Assembly (NCBI RefSeq): GCF_004010195.1
Contig: NC_057728.1
Coordinates: forward strand, 47,900,718-47,964,717
DNA length: 64,000 bases
Source: Chiloscyllium plagiosum
Lineage: Eukaryota
Direction of reading: 5' to 3'
The first letter of the stretch is position 1. The number at the start of each line of letters is the position of its first letter. The notes beneath the pieces are model-generated. The model was not told the origin of the DNA and did not search any database. It saw only the letters and a program-made list of their open reading frames with translations. This document shows, in pieces, positions 1 through 12,900 of the stretch. A program made the position numbers and the translations under genes.

Positions 1-262
1 ACTTCCTCCTCTGTAATCTGGACATTTTGCAAGATGTCACCATCTAATTCCCTACAGTCAATACCTTCCATATTCTTTTCCACAGTAAATACTGATGCAA
101 AATATTCATTTAGTATCTCCCCCATCTTCTATGGCTCCACACAACGGCCGCCTTGCTGAATTTTGAGGCTATTCTCTCCCTAGTTATCCTTTTGTCCTTA
201 ATATATTTGTAAAAACCCTTTGGATTCTCCTTAATTCTATTTGCCAAAGCTCTCTCATGTCT
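1..262 (-). mobile_element. CR1/HER1 LINE ORF2 fragment (runs off window edge)
   Basis: Reverse-complement similarity to the CR1 copy at ~22070-22320 (…[12 protein letters not shown]…). Confidence 0.85.
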
Positions 263-946
263 TTAGGTTTTTTTTTGTTTTGTTTGAACTGCTGGTGAAC
301 TTTTAAAAATCTTTGTCCCCATTTCTACATTAAATATTTCTTTTTGCTCCAGATGTTGCAGAATATTTATAATTTTACTACCTGTTATACGGAGGAAATC
401 TTTCCTTTTTATCATTAGTTGGTTATTGCAGAAAATGCTTTCAAATCCTGTTGACCTGACGAACAGTTTGCGGCCACAAGATGTCATAACAGAGCACCAT
501 GTTCTCAGTGCATAGGTTGGGGCGGTGATGAATGTTAATTGACAGTCATACCTCAGCTACATTTATATTACATCAAGTTAGAGTAAATCCAAATGTGGTA
601 TGAGTCAAAATAAGCTCCATAATTTTGATCTTATTATGGATCAAGATTATTATCTTGAAACAAACTGTGTTAGTGTGACAATCCTATTGACCGTGCTGCT
701 GAAAGGTGTTGGAAATTTGCAATAGAGGTCACATTTGCACAATACTTCAGTTATCTGAACAATTACCAACCTGGCAGAATCTTTTGGGTGAGGTGGGAAA
801 GAGAATTATTAAGGATATTTGAAAACATTTGTCATAATTAAGAAGAAAGAAGTATGTTGTGTTTACATAACATCTTTCAAATGCTGAAGATGAATCAATG
901 CACTTCATGACTATTGAAGCTGTTTGTCTGCAGCAAAATGGAACAT

Positions 947-1528
947 CCATAGAGACATACAGCATGGAAACAGACCCTTCAGCCCAGGTTTCCCAAACTA
1001 AACTCAATCCATTTGCCTTCATTTGGCCTATATTCTTCTAAACCTTTCCTTTCATATGTCTCTCCAAATGTCTTTTAACTGTTGTAACTGTACTTGCATC
1101 TATCACTTCCTCTGGAAGTTCATTTCACATATGAACCATCCTCTGTGTAAAAAAAAAAAAGCTGCCCCTCAGATCTCTTTTATTTCTCCTCTCACCTAAA
1201 AATTATGCCCTCCAGTTTTGAACATAACCACCATAGGGAAATGATCTTTGCTAGTCACCTTATCTATGCCCTGTCATGATTTGATGAACCTCTATAAGGT
1301 CACCTTCAACTTCCTACATTCCAGCGAAGAATGTCCCAGCCTATCCAGCCTCTCCTTATAACTCAAAACCTCCAGTACCAATAACATCCTTGTAAATCTT
1401 TTCTGCACCCTTTCCATTTTAATAATATTCTTTCTATAGCAGGTGACCAGATTGGACACAGAATTCCAAAAGTGGCATCACCAATGTTCTGTACAATGCA
1501 ACATGATGTCCTAACGCCTATATTCAAT
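947..1528 (-). mobile_element. CR1/HER1 LINE 3' end, decayed
   Basis: Begins with the 3' tail motif catagaga…cagcatggaaacagaccctt; same layout as other CR1 3' ends in the window. Confidence 0.85.
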
Positions 1529-1837
1529 GGGATGACACCAGACGAGGTGCCACATGTAACAAATTTTGGTGATGTTTTTTAAATGGTTTTGGTTGAAAGA
1601 TAACCTTTGGGCATTTCTCATTGGGAGAAACATAATCTTTCTCTGCAAATAATGTGTAACCTTTTTAGTTGCCTCTGAAATACCACATTTCTCTTTCAAG
1701 CATTAAGAGTACTGTGCTAAGCAATTTTAAACAGCAGCAACACAACTAGCTAATCTTTTTCTGAGGACTTTTCAGAACCTTTTTTAATAAACAAAATTGA
1801 AGACAATGCTTCTGTATTCTCCCTTCACTCCAACCCC

Positions 1838-2290
1838 AATAGAGTCATAGAGATGTACAGCATGGAAACAGACCCTTCGGTTCAACCCGTCCATGCCAAC
1901 CAGATATCCCAACCCAATCTAGTCCCACCTGCCAGCACCCAGCTCATATCCCTCCAAACCCTTCCTATTCATATACCCATCTAAATGCCCATTAAATGTT
2001 GCAATTGTAGCAGCCTCTACCATTTCCTCTGACAGCTCATTCCATATCCTCTGTGTGAAAAAGTTGCCCCTTAGGGCTCTTTTATATCTTTCCCCTCTCA
2101 CCCTAAACCTATGCCCTCTAGTTCTGGACTCCCTGACCCCAGGGAAAAGACTTTGCCTATTTACCCTATCCATGCCCCTCATTATTTTGTAAATCTCTAT
2201 AAGGTCACCCCTCAGCCTCCGACGCTCCAGGGAAAACAGCCCCAGCCTGTTCAGCCTCTCCCTATAGCTCAAATCCTCCAACCCTGGCAA
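1838..2290 (-). mobile_element. CR1/HER1 LINE 3' end, young
   Basis: ORF 1919..2290 ([26 protein letters not shown]…SRTRGH…FFTQR) is the typical CR1 ORF2 C-terminus; (CTATGACT)-type tail. Confidence 0.93.
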
Positions 2291-5200
2291 TACATAAATA
2301 CTTTTGAAGTATAAACCTGTATGGTTTGGAAAGATGGCTTATTGATGTCTTTAAAATAAGATTTGTTATTACAGACCATGATAGCAAATGATGGTACTGA
2401 CAATATTCTGAGATAACTACAATAAATGGAAAATCGTGAAATGTTTATATTGTCAATTAACTTCAATTCAAGGAACTAACAGTACAAATCATTTACTTTA
2501 AATTATTGATCAGCATTATGTGTTAAATTGTATCCAGTGAAGGTTGCCAACAACATTGACATTACCGTGATGTCTTGTGGCACCAGGACTATTTAATAAC
2601 TTGCTGGCCAAATGCCTTTTTAATTCACTCAGTGGAGCTGCAGATGGCATTGTGTCAGGTAAGTCTCCAAAGATACAGCATCTCAATTTTTCTGGAAAAG
2701 CGCTCTTTCAGCGCAGTGTACACAGCATAAAAACTTGAACAGGAGGCAACTGTCCAGAGTGCAGAATCAAACTTACTGGAAATAATTGAAACATGGCCAG
2801 CAAAAGAACAACATTGTATACAAAGTTTAATCCTCGCAAGATGGCTGATATAATTACTATTTCATCAGTCAGAGTTTACTGTAATCAACAGGGTAAATTT
2901 ATTAAATTTAACCAGAATTTACAACACAATATTAACATACCAGTTATACAGAAAAATACATAGAACTGTGCCAAGGAGCGAGCACCAGTCTAGATCAGAC
3001 AGGATGGCTAACATTTGTCAATGGCTCTTTCTGTCATCTTCTATTTCTTTTCTGTGTCCCAAATTTTCTTGACTTCTCAAACAGCTCAGGAATATTGGAC
3101 TGGAGTCTTCCCTGGGAATCCATCCCCATTTACTAATTGCACTGGTGTGTCCCAAAGTCTCTTATTTATTTTCAGGAAAAGACCTGGAAGGGTTGATTGT
3201 TCACAAGGTCTTTTTGTCATGTAAAGATTTACATTGTTATGAAATACCCAATATATGTTAAATTCTTTTTCTTTGGGTTGAAGCTGGCCTTCAATGTCTA
3301 CCACTAGCCATTAGCCTCTTGAGCTTTCACATGTACTTTCAGTTATAGATCAATCAAACTCTTCTGTCGTCTTTGCATAATTTCATATCGTGCTGCTGTT
3401 CCCTGACCAACTCCAAATTCTCAGGTAATGTTCCATCTCCAGCATCAAACTAACTCCTAAAAATTTAATTATCCATATTTATCAGATTATCGTTTACTTA
3501 TGCTCAAGCTGTTATAAGGCCTATTAATGAGCTGCCCACTAAAGGTCATTTAGTCCAATTGCCCTTATTTCTTATCAGATTGTTGAAACATGGGGCTAAA
3601 TTGTAGATTTGGTTTGGCTAAGTGTGAGTTGTGTCAAGATTTTTGGAGGGATTGATGCCCTAAGGTCCAACAAGATTTCTTGCTATCTCTTATCAAATGC
3701 GCCTCATTAACTGTCTACACATCCTTTGGCATTTGTTTCATACAATAATATACCCATCTTACCACATGCCATTCTGGAACAACTCATCATACACCAGGTA
3801 TCACTGAAAAGCCACCTCATCAAACCATCAAAGACCTCCATACCTTTAGGAAATACCAGTAGTAATAAATTGATATGATTCCAAAAAACAGTTGATGATC
3901 CCTCATGTTACAAGCCCGTAGAATCTTATAATTTCTAAAAATAATTTGAATTCCTTGTGTCCATCTTAAAGGGATTGCACAATAAAATTTAAAATTGTAA
4001 GGCTTTTACTGAAAGAAACCAGTTAAAAGCAACATTGAGTAAATATTTGGTATGCAACTAGTATGCTAAACAACTGAAAATATATTCCCTAATATCATTA
4101 ATGTGACCAGTAATATATAATTTTATATCAAATATATAAATCTATGTAAAATTTCTAATATGCTCTGCACAGGATTAAAGTCTTTAAAATCACTCCCAGA
4201 TTCTAATATTCAAATCTTCCATTTTGCTAAGTCACAATATAGAGTGACCATTGAAAGATGCTTCCCTCAGATTTCTATACTAGCCGTTGGTAGTAAAACC
4301 AACTCTGGTGATTTTTCCTTCTGGTTTCCTTGGGGTAAATCCTGTTTAGAATGCCTTGGGATACATCTCTTCAACCAAAGACCATCCTCCCTCATGCATT
4401 CTGCCAGGCAGTTCACTGAAAGATAGCGCACTCCTCTTTGCTGACCAAATTAGCTATTGCCTTTTGTCTTTCTGAGAAACCTTTCACTCTTTTAGTCAAA
4501 AATGTTGGAGAGTGAAAGCTTGTCCACAATAGCCCAGCTGCTCATATTTCGGGTGTGAATATCTTGCATCTTGTTCTCAATGAATCACAACCTGTCCCCA
4601 TGGCAACCAAGCCACCTAGACTTGTTGGGTAAAATTTGGACCCTATCACATGTCTCTCTTTGGTACACATTTTATCATGAATTTAAAAAAGACAGTCCAA
4701 AACAGAATCATCTTATAAAATCTTGCGTTTGTGTCGTGTCAACTGATTGTCAATTAGCCCACTTTTCTTAAATATTATAAAATGTTGTCCCCCTTTACAA
4801 TTTCCTCATGAGAGAAAGATAAAAAGTGTCAATAAAAGTGTTTTGCAGGAGCCCTCAAGTTCCTTACCACCAAACAATGATCAAAAATGAATTATTATTG
4901 CATTTCATTAAAATCAATTAAAATTAACAACACAATGTACTACTACCTTTCTGTAAGTGAATATACCGAGAAACAAGATTTATCTTTCACCTTATATATC
5001 TTCAAATATTGTGAATGGGTTTATCAATGTCCCAGATTTTGTCTCAAATTTTATTTATTTATCTTACTTTTTATTTGAATGGATTAGAATTAGTTGTAAG
5101 ATAAGAGAACTGACACTTTTTTCCTGTCCTTCTTCTAAGATGGTAAAATTAAAAGATTGTGAGTAACTCGTAGGTATTTACTCATATTTGTTGGTGAGTA

Positions 5201-6559
5201 CTGCTGAGTGCCAATCTTTGTTTAATTATTTTTTCATGAGATATGAGCATCTTTTATTGCCCATTCCAATTTTGTCTTGAGAGGGTAGTGGTGGGTCACC
5301 TTCTTGTGTGAAGAAACTAGGTCCAAATTATTTGGAATTGATGCAAAAAATTGATGTGGAATTTGAAAGTTATTTTTCAGCAAATATGTTTTCCAAGCTG
5401 CTTTTTCTGTAAAAGAAAAGGGCACTAGTAGCCTGCAAGTATAACATAGAAATCTCCCTTCAAACAGTGTGAGGTTTTCAATAGGAATTATACAGACTTG
5501 AAGCAATACAATAACTTAAGGATTCTTACAATGACACGAGCACTGATATGCAAAGCCACAAACTGATAAACGAATTATTCGGTCCAAAGTCTTATTATCT
5601 TAATAGAAACAATGCTTTATCTAAACAGATTGACTAACATGGGTGCTGCCTAAATCCTAGCTTTCAATTATAAATTCAAAATAACATTTCTCAGAAACTG
5701 AATGAGCAGTTTAATTACAATAGGTGGTTCTTCTCACCTAATATGGGCTAGTGATGAAGGGTGGTCGATTACTAATTGAATAGTAATGTTTCATACCATA
5801 TTTTAAATGTCCAAAACCCATTATAAATATCTCAAGATAAGTTGAATATGTTGGAATTTATTTGAGGAGATTTGTTAGATTTGGTTCCCTCCACTTTAGA
5901 TTCATTCTGAACTAAAGATTTTCACATTCTCAGGGATCAAGGTAATATTTCTTTGATGCTTGATGGATCTGCTAACTCTCTTTTAAAATCTTATATATTT
6001 TGTGAATAAATTTTCACTTTTAAGTTCTTTCACAGAAATAATAATTAGTTTTCTTATCTTTAGAGGATTTATTTAGCTTTGTGCTTTATACTTTCTGTAT
6101 AACTGCCAGATTACATTGTTTCTTATATGTATAATTTAAAACTTAAGTTGTTTCATCTAACCTTCTGTATCAAATACTGAGCAAACCCAACTGCTATTCC
6201 CTCGTGGTAGGGAAACATTTACTGAGTTTTAACCAAACCATTATAATATCCAGGAGAATTACAACCTAGCTACAAATTTTGACTAATAGCAAGAGAGGAA
6301 TACTCTTGACTGATTTTCTTCTTTTGGTTGGGGGTTTAGTGGATACCGTGGGTCCAGGCCAAATATCCTGGAGCCTGTTTACCTCAATCTAAAGTTACAG
6401 GGAAATGGCTAATCCCACTAACTCCAGGCTTATGATTATAAAACACCACATTTGAACTGTTTCAGCAAATCCGGTGAAGTCACATTCGCATGTTGTAAGG
6501 ATGGGATTTTTTGGATTTTGACAGCAATATAGCTCCAAGTCAGTTGGAATCAGCAGTTG

Positions 6560-6900
6560 GTGGTATCCCCATTCACCTGCTGTCTTGCCCTTCTAGGTGA
6601 CAGAGGTCACGGGTTTGGAAGGTTAAAGGAGCCTTGCAGAGATGCCAAGGTGCATGTTGTCTACAATTTATATTGCGGCAACTGCTGGTGGTGGCCGGAA
6701 TGAATGTTGAGGCAGTAGCTTGGCTGATGATCAAGTGAACAGCTTTCTCTTGAATGATGTTGAGCTTTTTGAGTGTTGTTGAAGCTGCATTCAGCAAGCA
6801 ACTGGGAGTACTCCATCATCTTCATGACTTATATCTCACAGATGGTGATCAGGCTTTGGAGGTGAGTTATTGGACAATTCCTAGCCTTTGACCTCTTCTT
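6560..6900 (-). mobile_element. Second CR1/L2-clade LINE family ('family B'), 3' fragment
   Basis: Reverse complement of the 3' part of the element at 37400-37720 (EYSPLAW…TTLKKL..IQ.KA). Confidence 0.7.
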
Positions 6901-6947
6901 GTATGCTCTGGAACACTGATCCTCTGATTGAGAAACAGAACTTCTGT

Positions 6948-7158
6948 AAAAGGTAAAGTGGCCATAGTCTTACCAGACATAGGATTGCTCTATCTTTATG
7001 GAGATGCAACTGGTGGTGGTTTACCTTGAGGGTCACTTCACCTCAGGTAAGGGTGGATATCCTTCATGGTAACCTCAGCTGGTGCAGCAATTGAACCCAC
7101 GCTGTTGGCATTACTTACTCTGCATTGCAAACCAGCCATCCGAGCTAACCAACCCCCG
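6948..7158 (-). mobile_element. tRNA-derived SINE, family not identified
   Basis: Minus strand starts ggggttggttagctc… with a B-box-like GGTTCAATT; no cloverleaf 3' end. Confidence 0.6.
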
Positions 7159-7659
7159 TAACCTTCTGTATAAACATTTCAAAGCACTGATACTAATGGT
7201 GTTGTTTATTGTGAATTGAATGTTTAGGATAGCTTGATAGCACACAAAGTGCAATTATATCAAGACACATTAGTGGAAGTTGCTACATTCATCCCTATAT
7301 GACCAATTACTTGAAGGAATCTCAGCCTGACTGAGCCAGTCATTAAAGAAACACTTATCACTTTGTGAACACTTAGTGATACACCCTGGATGTAGCAGAT
7401 GGATCTTTGTGTGCTGGAGCCACTGACACGCCTACTGTGCCACAAGAGTTCCCTTTCGGATGACATGGATTCCGCCAAAGCAAGTCCTAATGTCATTCAT
7501 ATTAATATTTAGATGACAGAGATATGTTCTCTTGCAGCTCTTGCAGTTGTCTATTGACAGCAATTTTATATATACTTTTTATTTTGTTTCAGTGACTTTG
7601 CATTTTCTTTTCAATCCTCCATCTCAAAGTTGATAAATACAATGACAAAGTTCATAAGA

Positions 7660-8558
7660 TATTAACTGGCAGAAGGCAGAGGGTGTGGATAATGGGGTCT
7701 TATTCAGGATGGCAGCCGATGATTAGTGGAGTTCCACAGGGATCAGTGTTGGGACCACAGCTATTCATGTTATACATTAACAATCTAGACAAAGGAACAG
7801 AGGGCATTGTTGCTAAGTTCGCCAAATAGCACAAAGCTTGGTTGAGGGACAGGCAGTGTTGAGGAAGTGGGGAGGCTAGGAGAGTAGGAAAAGAAGTGGC
7901 AGATGGAATGCAATGGGGCAAAGTGTGAGATGACACTCTTTGGGGAAAGAATAGAGGCATAGACTATTTTCTAAATGGGAAAAGGTGTTGGAAGCCTGAA
8001 GCACAAAGAGACTTGGGAGTCCTAGTTCAGAATTGTTTTAAGGTTAACATGCAGGTTCAGTTGGCAATTAGGGCTGCAAATGCAATGCTTGCATTCATTT
8101 CAAGAGGGCTAGAATATAAGAGCAGAGATGTATTGTTGAGGCTGTATTGGGCTCTGGTCAAACCCCATTTGAAATATTGTGAGCAGTTTTTGATCCCATC
8201 TCAAAGGAAGGATGTATTGACATTGGAGGCGGTCCAGAGGAGAGTATAAGAATGATCCTGGGGATGAAGGGCTTCTCATATGAGGAGTGGTTGAGAAGGA
8301 TCTCAAAGAAACTTACAGAATCGTGAGAGGTCTGGATAGAGTGGACGTGGGAGAAGATGTTTCCACCAATAGAAGAGGCTTGGACCCCAGGGCATAGCCT
8401 CAGAGTGAAGGGATGACCTTTTGGAACTGAGATGAGGGACAATTTCTTCAGCCAGTCAGTGGTTAATCTATGGAACTTATTGCCACAGAAGCCATCAAAG
8501 GTTATGAGGTGAAGGCAGGAGAAGAGAGTTAAGAGACATGGCATGATTAGATGGTGGA
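7660..8558 (+). mobile_element. CR1 LINE (other subfamily) RT/3' region, decayed
   Basis: SGVPQGSVLGP.LF…KFA motif at ~7725-7825; ORF 8013..8249 (ANAMLAFISRGLEYKSRDVLLRLY.ALV.PHL.YC). Confidence 0.88.
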
Positions 8559-8561
8559 GCA

Positions 8562-9350
8562 GAATTAAAAAGTATGGCGCTGGAAAAGCAAAGCAGGTCA
8601 GGCTGCATCCAAGGAGCAGGAGAGCCAATGTTTCGGGCATAAGTCTTTTATCAGGAATGTGTAGGGAAAGGAGGCTGAGAGATAAATGGGGCGTGGTGTT
8701 GGGGCCGGGGAAGGGTAGGTGGTAGGGGAATAGGCGGATGCAGGTGGGAGGTAATTCTGTAGGTCGGTGGGAACGGTGGACCTGATAGATGGGAAGGAAG
8801 GTGAACAAGTAGGACAGGTCAATAGGGCGGTACTAAGTTGGAAAGTTTGATCTGGAATAAGGTGGGGAAAGGGGAGATTTGGAAACCAGTGAAGTCAGTG
8901 TTGATGCCGCGTGGTTTTCGGGTCCTGAGGCAGAAGGTGAGGCGTCTTTCCTCCAGTTGGCAGGTGGTGGAGGAGGTCCAGGATTTGCCTGTCTTTGGAG
9001 AGTATGGGAGGGGGAGTTGAAGTAGTCGGCCACATAGTGGTTAGGTTGTTTGGTGTGTGTGTCCCAGAGATGTTCCCTGAACCACTCTGCAAGTTGGTGT
9101 CCTGTCTCCCCGATGTTGAGGAGACCACACAGTAGGTGAGGTGGGTGGATGTGCAGGAAAATCTCTGCCAGATTTGAAATGATCTTTTAGGGCCTTGGAT
9201 GGAGGTGAGGGTGCAGGTTTTACACCTTATGCTGCAGCAAGGGGAGGTGTTGGGTGTGGAGGGTGGGTTCAGTGGGGGGGGGGGGGCATGGACTTAATGA
9301 GGGAGTCGTGGAAGGAATGGTCTCTCTGGAATGCAGGTAGGAGTGGACGT
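8562..9350 (-). mobile_element. Penelope-like element 3' portion (GIY-YIG endonuclease remnant + pLTR)
   Basis: Minus-strand translation of ~9005-9130 gives CGLLNIGETGHQLAEWFREHLWDTHTKQPNHYVADYFNSPSH, matching the PLE YIGET…RF.EH…VA.HFN pattern. The pLTR has a degenerate hammerhead core at 8627-8654. Confidence 0.85.
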
Positions 9351-9589
9351 AATGGCCAAACCGCCTGATTGTGCTCGTATATCTTAATATGTTATAGCCT
9401 TATAATAGTTGAGGGTGGCCATTTGGGTAGAAAGACTTGCGCACACACCCCTGATTGTTGCTACACCGACCCCAGGGACTGCCACTTGACACTCCAGTCT
9501 AAACCTTCACTCCTTGTCCCTACAACTTTAGAAAACTCTCTGCAAAATTAATCAATGGGCATTGTAGTTTTTAGAATGCAAGCCATCGA

Positions 9590-9897
9590 TCGAAATAACA
9601 AACAATAGTTTGTTTGGAGTTGGCGGGTTTATTTTGTTAATAAACACATTTGTGTGGCCTCAGAGTCCCCTAGCTCCCCCGGGGAACCCCTTTTGGTACA
9701 TGGCTACAACATCCCCATCGCCGCCCAACGTGTTGCGCAATATCCAATGCAGCAAGGCGCAGCCGCCCTTTGGAAGATTTCATTTCAAGCAGTTTGCGAA
9801 GTGGGAGGGATACTTTCAATGATCTAGTCAGCAAAGCAGTGGGAGAAGCGGCATCTTAAAATTTCACTCGGGCGGCCGAGAGGTAAAAACCGGGAGA
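9590..9897 (+). promoter_or_regulatory. Probable TATA-less, CpG-enriched TSPAN8 promoter/5' UTR
   Basis: Non-repeat stretch with visibly retained CpGs just upstream of the ATG. It has GC boxes CCGCCC (9721-9726, 9763-9768), a palindromic C/EBP consensus GTTGCGCAAT (9732-9741), CCAAT (9744-9748), forkhead-like AATAAACA (9639-9646) and SOX-like AACAAT (9601-9606). Confidence 0.65.
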
Positions 9898-9957
9898 ATG
9901 GTTGGAGTTAATAAATGCATCAAGTATTCCATGTTCATCTTCAACGTTTTGTTTTGG
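9898..9957 (+). CDS. TSPAN8: TSPAN8 coding exon 1 ([20 protein letters not shown])
   Basis: ATG at 9898 in good context (GGAGAATGG); 60 nt; donor TGG|GTGAG at 9958. Confidence 0.95.
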
Positions 9958-12900
9958 GTGAGCTGTTGTATTCTTTTTTAAATTTCATCTCATCAATTCC
10001 CGCATTGCAGAAAGTACTGTGAACCAAACTAGTTAAGATTTGTGCATGCGAAACTAACGTTTGCATTTCCCGATTTAATCATGTTTTATTTCACCCCCAT
10101 CCTAATATCGAGTTGATGTAAGATGGTACCACACTGAGTCCCTTGCTTAGGAGTTACCAATTGAGACGTGAACATTTAATTGCTCGCTTCCCGTTTAACA
10201 AGCTGTACCCCCAATAATGGTTCGTTTTGTTAAATTGTGAGCTCTCAATCGTAAAATTTTTCAAAACAAAAATTGGCGGGGATTTTTTTTTCTGTGATCG
10301 CAACCAGAGATTGTGATCCCAGCATCACAAGACTTCAACTTCTGAGCTTCCTGCTCCAAACAGCCTTTCTGGCAATTTTTAATATTGTGATATCGCCCAT
10401 AAATAAGTCCTGTAATATGAAGTGAAACCCACGTGTCAGTTCACAAGTTGTTGAGCTTTAAGTTCTGGAGGTTTGGCGACCCTAATTGCTGGAATTGATA
10501 TTTTACATGCCATGTTCTGAGAAATTGATCAGCCGGGGCAACACAGTGGTTAGCATTGCTGCCTCATAGTACCAGGGACCCAGGTTCGATTCCATCCTCG
10601 GGTGATTGCGTGGGTTTCCTCCGGGTGCTCTGGTTTCCTCCCACAGTCCAAAGATGTGCAGGCCAGGCGAATTGGCCGTGGTAAATTGCCCATAGTATTA
10701 GGTGCATTAGTTAGAGGGAAATAGGTCCGGGTGGGTTACTCTTCCGATGGTCAGTGTGGACTTGTTGGGCCAAAGGGCCTGTTTCCACACTGTAGGGAAT
10801 CTAATCTAATGTGTGGGTTTCCTTCAGGTGCTCTGATTTCCTCCCACAGTTCAAAGATGTACAGGTTAGGTGGATTGGCCATGGTACATGGGGGGGTTAG
10901 GAGGATAGCTTCGGGGTAGGTCTGGTTAGGATGCTCTTTGGAGAGTCAGTGTGGACTTGATGGATTGAATGGCCTGCTTCCACAATATAATTTCTGCAGT
11001 GCATCTTGGAGATACTGCTATTACTGGTGTTGGCGGGTGTGGATTTGGTGCCAGTCAGGCTGGGTGATTTATCCTGGATGATGTCAAGCTTCTGGTGTTT
11101 TTGGAGCTACACCCATCCAAGCAAGTGGGGAGTATTCCATCACACTCCCGACTTGTGTCTTGTAGATGGTGGAAAGGTTTTGGGGAGTCAGGAGGGGAGT
11201 TATTTGCCAAGGTGTTACTAACCTCTGACCTGCACTTGTAACCAATGTTTATTGGTGAGTCCAGTTGAGTTTCTGGTAAATGGTAACACTCAGGATGTTG
11301 ATAGTAGGGGGTTTCAGTGATGGTAATGCTGTTGAATGTCAAGCAGGGGTGGTTAGATTTTCTTACTGGAGATGGTAATTGTCAGGTGCAAAACCATACT
11401 TGCCACTTGTCAGTCCAAATCTGGATATTATCCAGATCTCATTGCATTTGAACGTGGACTGCATCAATATCTGAGGAGTCACAAATGTTGCTGAACATTG
11501 TTCAATCCTAAGCAAAAATCCCCACTTTTGACATGAAGGTCATTTAATGAAGTAGCTGAATATGGCTGGGCCTATAACACTACCCTGTGGAACTCCTGGG
11601 ATGATTGACCCTCTAACAACCACAACTATCTGCCTATGTGCAAAATATGGCTCCAACCAGTGGACAATTCACCCCTGATACTCCTGGATTCTAGTTTTAC
11701 AGGGACTCTTTGCCAAGTGCAGTCACTCTCACCTCACCTCTGGAACTCAGCTCTTTTGTCCATATTTGAACCACAGCTATATTGAGGTCAGGAGCTGAGT
11801 GGCCCTGGTGGAACCCAGACTGGGTGTTAGTGAGCAGGTTAGTGCCGAGCAGGTGCTGCTTGATAATGCTGACACCTTCAATGACTTCATTGGAGATTGA
11901 GAATAGACTGATGGGACAGTAGTTGATCAGGTTGGATTTGTCCTGCTTTTGGTGTATAGGACATAGTTGGGAAATTTTCCATTGTCGGGTAGCTGCCAGT
12001 GTTTTAACTCTACTGGAAGAGCTTGGCTTAGGGAGCGGCAAGTTTTGGAGCACAGGAATATTGTCAGGGCCCATAGCCTTTGCAGTATCCAGTGCCTCCA
12101 ATTGTTCCTTGATATCGCATTGAGTGAATCAAATTCAAGGTGTATATATGTATGTAAAGTAAACAGACACTCACTGTATCCTTGTTTAAAAAAGTAATTT
12201 GTTTTCCTTCAGCCAGTCAGTATTTATTTGTCCTCATAAATGATCATTTTCATTTAAGGTCTTACTCTTTATTACATCTGTCAGCCTCAAATAAGTTGCT
12301 TTCCATTTTGCTAGTGCTGAAAGCCATTGCTGATGTGTACATTCACAAAGGTTCATGAACATAACAAAGCCATAAAAAGGTTGTATGAAATAGTGAATTC
12401 CAAGTCATCTTCAGCAGAAAGGCCCTGCAAAAGATATCACTTTGGGATTTGTTTCAGCCACACCTTGCATCCAGTTTGATGCAACCCTTTGGCATTGATC
12501 TCCTTGCATGTAACATCTGAGGAAAAATGTTTCCTTCTGGGACAGAATGCGTCTGAGAATTAAATTACTAATCTGTCTTTGTGCTTGCATTTTAGCATTT
12601 ATTATAAAATGAAAACCATTGAACATTGATGCAAAGTAACAGCCTAAACCATATCATCTGTATTGTTTCTTCGCTTTGGGTGTTCGTTTTTTGTCTTTGC
12701 CGATGTTTATATCTCTTTATGTATGGCACTTTTACATAGTTCATTCCAATTCTTTCATTTTTCTTTTTTGGATACGTTGTTTTATTTTAATTGAACTTGA
12801 AAATTACTGAGTTATACCTGATGGGCTCTTGTGCAGTGGTAGTATCCCTACCTCTGAGTCAGGACACCTGGGTTCAACTCCCTCCTGTTCCAAAAGGTAT

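Noticed and set aside
8158..8808. 216-aa minus-strand ORF
   Set aside because: Runs across a Penelope 3' region/pLTR into antisense CR1; no domain or exon structure, so a chance open frame.
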